From IMG/VR virus record IMGVR_UViG_3300028601_000028, positions 1-17,877 of that record: 17,877 nt of DNA; one strand, 5' to 3'. Below the pieces are notes generated by a model, which worked only from the letters and a program-made list of their open reading frames with translations, had not been told where the DNA came from and made no database searches. Positions 13,895-17,877 of the stretch are shown piece after piece (positions within the stretch are counted from its first letter, which is position 1; every line of letters begins with the position of its first letter). The DNA is from a virus (lineage: Duplodnaviria > Heunggongvirae > Uroviricota > Caudoviricetes). The translations under genes and the position numbers were made by a program.

Positions 13895-14950
13895 TTATTT
13901 TTTCTTATACATACCATAATTGGAGTTAGCTTTTGTTTCGTTGTCTTTACCTTTTCTTTTTTTAACTTCTTCTGATTTTAATCTATCAACTCTGTTTCTA
14001 TTTTCGTGATTATATTTACTTCTTTTGCCTGATATTTTTCTATCTTTTTTCGATGTAATATATTCATTATCATCTATACTAGTTCCATCGGGTGCAAAAC
14101 TTTTAATACTATTTTTATTTTCTTTATTTGTGTTTATTATATTTTTTCTTGCATCTTCTTGTATCTCTTTAGAGTTTTCAACATTAAATCCAACAACATC
14201 ATCTCCATTTTCTTGTTTTGGTGATACAATTGTAGTATCATCATGTTCTACTTCATTTGTTATTATATCTCTTTCTAATGTATCTATTTTATTATTATCA
14301 TTAAAATATACATTATCAGATACAAAAATATTTGGATTTTGTAAAAATTTTAGAATATGTTGATCTAATTCACTTTTAACAATAGGTGTACCTGAATTGC
14401 CCACCATTGATGTTGGTTTAACAAGAATATTTAAAAATTCTTTAAACCATTCTATTATAAAATGATCACCCAGTACTGCTCTTTGGTTTGCTTTTTCTGT
14501 ACCTATATTAATTTTTCTTTTATTATCTTTTAATTCTATGTTTATATTGTCGTTATTCATTACTATTCTATTTAAAAGATGATCTATTATAAAATTATCT
14601 TTGTCTTGATATACTTGTGTTTTATGACTAAATAGTAAAGAATAAAAACTAACATAATCTTCATCAGATAAACTATCTAATTTATCTTGTAAATTTATAT
14701 TATACATATCTGTATATATGTAGTATGGTGAATATATATCACCATTATCAAATTTTATACTAACTGTTTTTCCAATAGGTGGAATTGAATATGAACATCC
14801 GTATGGTATAATCTGTGGTGATGACCAGGGTATATGAGATGTTGGTATATTATCAAATACACCAATAATTCTTACTTTAACTCTTCCCTTTCTTCTAGGA
14901 TCTATATTATCTTCTACTATTCCACTAAATATACCATCTTTATAATTCAT
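13895..14950 (-). CDS. T4 gp5/VgrG-like baseplate hub-spike protein (N-terminal OB fold, no lysozyme domain)
   Basis: FSGIVEDNIDPRRKGRVKVRIIG...IPWSSP...PPIGKTVSIKFDNGDIYSPYY matches the gp5 OB-domain pattern. The C-terminal ~100 aa are low-complexity and charged. Confidence 0.8.
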   Translation of the reverse strand: MNYKDGIFSGIVEDNIDPRRKGRVKVRIIGVFDNIPTSHIPWSSPQIIPYGCSYSIPPIGKTVSIKFDNGDIYSPYYIYTDMYNINLQDKLDSLSDEDYVSFYSLLFSHKTQVYQDKDNFIIDHLLNRIVMNNDNINIELKDNKRKINIGTEKANQRAVLGDHFIIEWFKEFLNILVKPTSMVGNSGTPIVKSELDQHILKFLQNPNIFVSDNVYFNDNNKIDTLERDIITNEVEHDDTTIVSPKQENGDDVVGFNVENSKEIQEDARKNIINTNKENKNSIKSFAPDGTSIDDNEYITSKKDRKISGKRSKYNHENRNRVDRLKSEEVKKRKGKDNETKANSNYGMYKKK

Positions 14951-14955
14951 AAAAA

Positions 14956-16968
14956 TTAATTATTTTCGTCATAAACATTACCATCAGGGTATTTTCTATT
15001 ATATTTATTATCTTCTTTCTTGTTTGTATTTGGAAATTTTTGGTTATAAGTTCCGTCTTCTTGTAAGTCACCTTCTGGGAATTTTTGATTGTATTGGCCA
15101 TCTTCATGAACATCTCCTTCTGGGAACTTTTGATTATACTGCCCATCTTCATGAACATCTCCTTCTGGAAATTTTTGATTGTACTGCCCATCTTCATGAA
15201 CATCTCCTTCTGGAAATTTTTGATTGTATTGACCATCTTCATGAACATCACCATCAGGATATTTTTGGTTATAAATTCCGTCTTCATGGACATCACCATT
15301 AGGGAACTTTTGATTGTACTGCCCATCTTCATGAACATCTCCTTCTGGAAACTTTTGATTGTACTGCCCATCTTCATGAATATCACCATCAGGAAATTTC
15401 TGATTATATTGAGCATCATTTTGATCTATGTCATCACCGATATTTAAGATATCATCATTTTCAATATCTCTATTTCTTGTTCTTCCTTCTTCGTCATATG
15501 CATTTGTATAATTATCTCTCCATTGGTTTCTACTCTTTATAGGATCAACATTATTATTTTTATTCTTTTTATTTCCTTTTATATCATCTAATTTTTTATC
15601 AATAAAATCACTAACAAATTTATCAACCATTCTAACTTTATCACCAGCTTTATCATAATAAACATTAACATCAGTTAGTGTTACTCCTACCTTTTCATTT
15701 AACCAATTTTGTGCTTTATCTGCTAGTTCAGTAACTTCATTTTTTAATTTATTAACAATGACACCTCTTATTTGTCTTGTTTCGTTTCTTAAATATGATA
15801 ATAATTTACTTTTCTTAGTATTATCTTGTTCACCAATGGGTGATACAACACCGGGTATTGTATCATCAAAATATTCAAAATATATATCATGCTCTGGTAA
15901 TCTCTTTCTAAAATCTAGTATATCAGAATTTCCTATAATGTGATCCCTCATCATTACTTTACTATATGACTTAAAATTTATTTTAAAGTTACTTTTAGAT
16001 ATATTTGGTTTTTGAGCATTATATCCACCTCTAATAATTTCACTTTCAAAATTTTTAGATTCAAAAAAATCAAATTGACAGTCATGTAAAATGTATATCA
16101 TTTTAGACGGAATGCTATTCATCATATTATCATCAGTTTTCATATTTCTATAATCGCTTATTATTAATGACATATCAAATCTTAAAAGATTTTCGGGTAT
16201 CAATACTCTATGTGTATCATAAGAATAAACTAAATTATTATATAATTCTGTCAAATATTGTGTACTCATAACAACATCTTCTGATATTGTAAATATTATT
16301 TTATCTTCTGGATAATTTATTATTTTTTTAGTTAATACATCTAATCCTGATATTGACTCTATATAATGTTCTTTATAACTTTTATCTTTATTTATTTCTG
16401 GAAGATTAGATGGAAATATTTTTTCAACTTCTAATTTAAATTTATAATATAAATCTAATCTATTATCATTACCTATTTCTGGTATATTAGAAGAATATTC
16501 ATTAATGAAATTTTCTATATTTTTAATATTATTATTAGTTGTAAATAATGGAGAATTATCATAATCAATTTTAATATCAAAAACTAAATATGTTGGATCT
16601 TGAAATTGGTCAACACTATTTTTATTAAATCCTATTGTTATGTATGTGTTTAAATTTTGTTTAAACACATCACTTTGATTATCAAACATACCAAATCTAT
16701 TAGTACCAGCATATTTATTTTCATTACCACTTATTTTTTTAACTAATTTTTTATTTTGTAAACCTGGTCCAAAATGTTCACCTGACTTACTAACATATTC
16801 ACCATAACCATCAACATATCCTAAATTTTCTTTAGATTTAGTATCTGATGTATTGTCTAATAGATTAGAATCTTGTACATTTTTATTTTGTTGACTACTT
16901 TGTTTAGCCTCTTTTCTTAACTGTTTATTAATTTGTCTATTTGACATTGGTGCTCCTGGTTTGGCCAT
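14956..16968 (-). CDS. Probable baseplate or tail-tube-fold protein with ten C-terminal 15-aa repeats
   Basis: 670 aa, lying between the hub and gp5-like genes. The central globular region (QDPTYLVF...YIESISGLD...ISEDV...LIPENLLRFDM...YILHDCQFDF) is tentatively tail-tube-like, by eye only. Confidence 0.5.
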   Translation of the reverse strand: MAKPGAPMSNRQINKQLRKEAKQSSQQNKNVQDSNLLDNTSDTKSKENLGYVDGYGEYVSKSGEHFGPGLQNKKLVKKISGNENKYAGTNRFGMFDNQSDVFKQNLNTYITIGFNKNSVDQFQDPTYLVFDIKIDYDNSPLFTTNNNIKNIENFINEYSSNIPEIGNDNRLDLYYKFKLEVEKIFPSNLPEINKDKSYKEHYIESISGLDVLTKKIINYPEDKIIFTISEDVVMSTQYLTELYNNLVYSYDTHRVLIPENLLRFDMSLIISDYRNMKTDDNMMNSIPSKMIYILHDCQFDFFESKNFESEIIRGGYNAQKPNISKSNFKINFKSYSKVMMRDHIIGNSDILDFRKRLPEHDIYFEYFDDTIPGVVSPIGEQDNTKKSKLLSYLRNETRQIRGVIVNKLKNEVTELADKAQNWLNEKVGVTLTDVNVYYDKAGDKVRMVDKFVSDFIDKKLDDIKGNKKNKNNNVDPIKSRNQWRDNYTNAYDEEGRTRNRDIENDDILNIGDDIDQNDAQYNQKFPDGDIHEDGQYNQKFPEGDVHEDGQYNQKFPNGDVHEDGIYNQKYPDGDVHEDGQYNQKFPEGDVHEDGQYNQKFPEGDVHEDGQYNQKFPEGDVHEDGQYNQKFPEGDLQEDGTYNQKFPNTNKKEDNKYNRKYPDGNVYDENN
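14959..15408 (-). repeat. Ten tandem 45-bp coding repeats, consensus YNQKFPEGDVHEDGQ
   Basis: Exact 45-bp period with no spacers. Units at 15139-15183 and 15184-15228 are identical in DNA, and the unit at 15319-15363 differs by one base. The two C-terminal units are degenerate. Confidence 0.95.
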
Positions 16969-16985
16969 TAATTTTAATTATTTTT

Positions 16986-17003
16986 ATAATTATATATAAT
17001 TAT
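16986..17003. promoter_or_regulatory. 18-bp palindrome ATAATTATATATAATTAT containing the candidate promoter
   Basis: Perfect palindrome in the 36-bp intergenic gap. Minus-strand ATATATA (16991-16997) is 22 nt upstream of ATG 16968. Confidence 0.5.
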
Positions 17004-17004
17004 T

Positions 17005-17877
17005 CTAGTTATTAAAATCATCATCATTAAATCCTAATTCTCTCTTAACTAATGTAACTTCTTGTGAAAACCCACTAATTTTATTAAATGTGTAGTTTAT
17101 TGCAGTAATTAACCATTCACCTGATAATCTTTTATTTATTCTATTTTCATCATAATTTTCACCATTGTAATTTTCTACTTTTTCTGGTGTTGGTTTAATT
17201 GGTTTATCATCTGTTATTGATATATCATCCATTTTATAAAATTTAAGTTGTATTTTTTGAAATCTATATAAATTAAAATTCATAAGATTTATTACAACTT
17301 TTACTTTTATTTTCTGTAATGCATTTAAATTTTTAATATTTTGTTGTTTGGCATAAAGATAATTAGAATGAACATTATCAGTATCAATTTTACCTAAATT
17401 CATATAATCAATAGAATTTTCCATTAATTCTGATATTTCACCGACTTTACCTTTTAATACTACCTGATCATTATTCTTACCTGTTGTGGTTATAGTATCC
17501 ATTAACAATTTATATATTACATTATCATTTTTATCATTGTATATTAATATAGATTTATATCCTATATCTAAATTAACTCTAGTTGAACTATTTATAATAT
17601 TAAATTTATTAATATAATTATTTGAGTTTAACTTATCTGGGTGATTTGTTAATATTAAATCCATTTCTGTTTCTTCTGAATCATTATTTAGATTTGTTGT
17701 TAAATTGGAAGAAAATAAAATACCAGTTTGATCAGATATATCTTCATTTAATGCTGACTCAATATCCACATAATTTAAATTATAATAGAAATCAATATAT
17801 GCATACATAAATGTAGAATCGTTTAAATATGAATGACTTACGACATTTTGTATAAATTTTAAATTTGTATTACCAGT
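17005..17877 (-). CDS. gp27/late-control-D-like baseplate hub protein, 5'-truncated by the window edge
   Basis: The frame is open from 17877 (TGNTNLKFIQNVVSHSYLNDSTF-MYAYIDFYYNLNYV...), so the ATG at 17808 is internal. The C-terminal KVKVVINLMNFNLYRFQKI...RLSGEWLITAINYTF...QEVTLVKRE fits the hub C-terminal barrel. Confidence 0.6.
   Translation of the reverse strand, partial: TGNTNLKFIQNVVSHSYLNDSTFMYAYIDFYYNLNYVDIESALNEDISDQTGILFSSNLTTNLNNDSEETEMDLILTNHPDKLNSNNYINKFNIINSSTRVNLDIGYKSILIYNDKNDNVIYKLLMDTITTTGKNNDQVVLKGKVGEISELMENSIDYMNLGKIDTDNVHSNYLYAKQQNIKNLNALQKIKVKVVINLMNFNLYRFQKIQLKFYKMDDISITDDKPIKPTPEKVENYNGENYDENRINKRLSGEWLITAINYTFNKISGFSQEVTLVKRELGFNDDDFNN

Noticed and set aside
13780-13900. 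Split intein, intron or frameshift explaining the polymerase truncation
   Set aside because: No intein-N block (Cys/Ser-initiated) follows the fingers helix, there is no room for an intron or continuation (16 bp to a convergent gene), and no motif B or C was noticed in the downstream plus strand, which is antisense to the gp5-like gene.
14959-15408. 45-bp periodic repeat as a CRISPR array
   Set aside because: Units are contiguous with no unique spacers, the period is a multiple of 3, variation is largely synonymous in the 670-aa frame, and no cas genes are present.
14940-15447. Overlapping ORFs 14940..15419 (-), 15024..15302 (+) and 15085..15447 (+)
   Set aside because: They stay open only because the 45-bp unit lacks stops in those frames. 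They are shadows of the real repeat, and none fuses in frame with the gp5-like gene.
17806-17808. ATG 17808 as the start of the hub gene
   Set aside because: The frame is open to the window edge with protein-like sequence, so the true start is outside the window.
8100-17810. Antisense ORFs 8100..8336, 14025..14363, 15758..15943 and 17622..17810
   Set aside because: They lie opposite well-supported genes and show no recognisable motifs.
1-17877. Stop-codon reassignment (code 15 or 4)
   Set aside because: All long genes are intact under code 11. The two broken small genes need a frame change, not read-through. Reading through the single TAG at 17005 adds only a few residues before a TAA.

Overview
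A very AT-rich, densely coding fragment of a large tailed phage, most likely a T4-like or jumbo myovirus. No gene shows a Shine-Dalgarno sequence, which weakly suggests a Bacteroidota-type host. From left to right: (1) small coiled-coil genes, an 801-aa tape-measure-like protein with ~60-67-aa periodic units, and several unknown or membrane genes. (2) A cluster of unrelated proteins sharing an N-terminal K-[TSK]-[FY]-x-x-F-x-x-E peptide that resembles the T4 internal-protein capsid-targeting sequence (MKTYQEFIAE); several also carry [ILV]-x-E sites of the T4 gp21 prohead-protease type. Two adjacent genes share a perfect 36-bp repeat encoding this tag. (3) Two paralogous three-zinc-finger, Vsr/Hef-like homing endonucleases flanking a structurally atypical tRNA-Gly(UCC). 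(4) A family-B DNA polymerase gene that ends at the fingers tip, with motifs B and C missing and no partner gene nearby. (5) A minus-strand baseplate block: a gp27-like hub cut by the window edge, a 670-aa protein with ten 15-aa C-terminal repeats, and a gp5-like OB-fold protein with no lysozyme. An ATATATA motif lies 20-22 nt upstream of five transcription-unit starts and is a candidate late promoter. All family assignments come from motif recognition by eye; no database searches were run.
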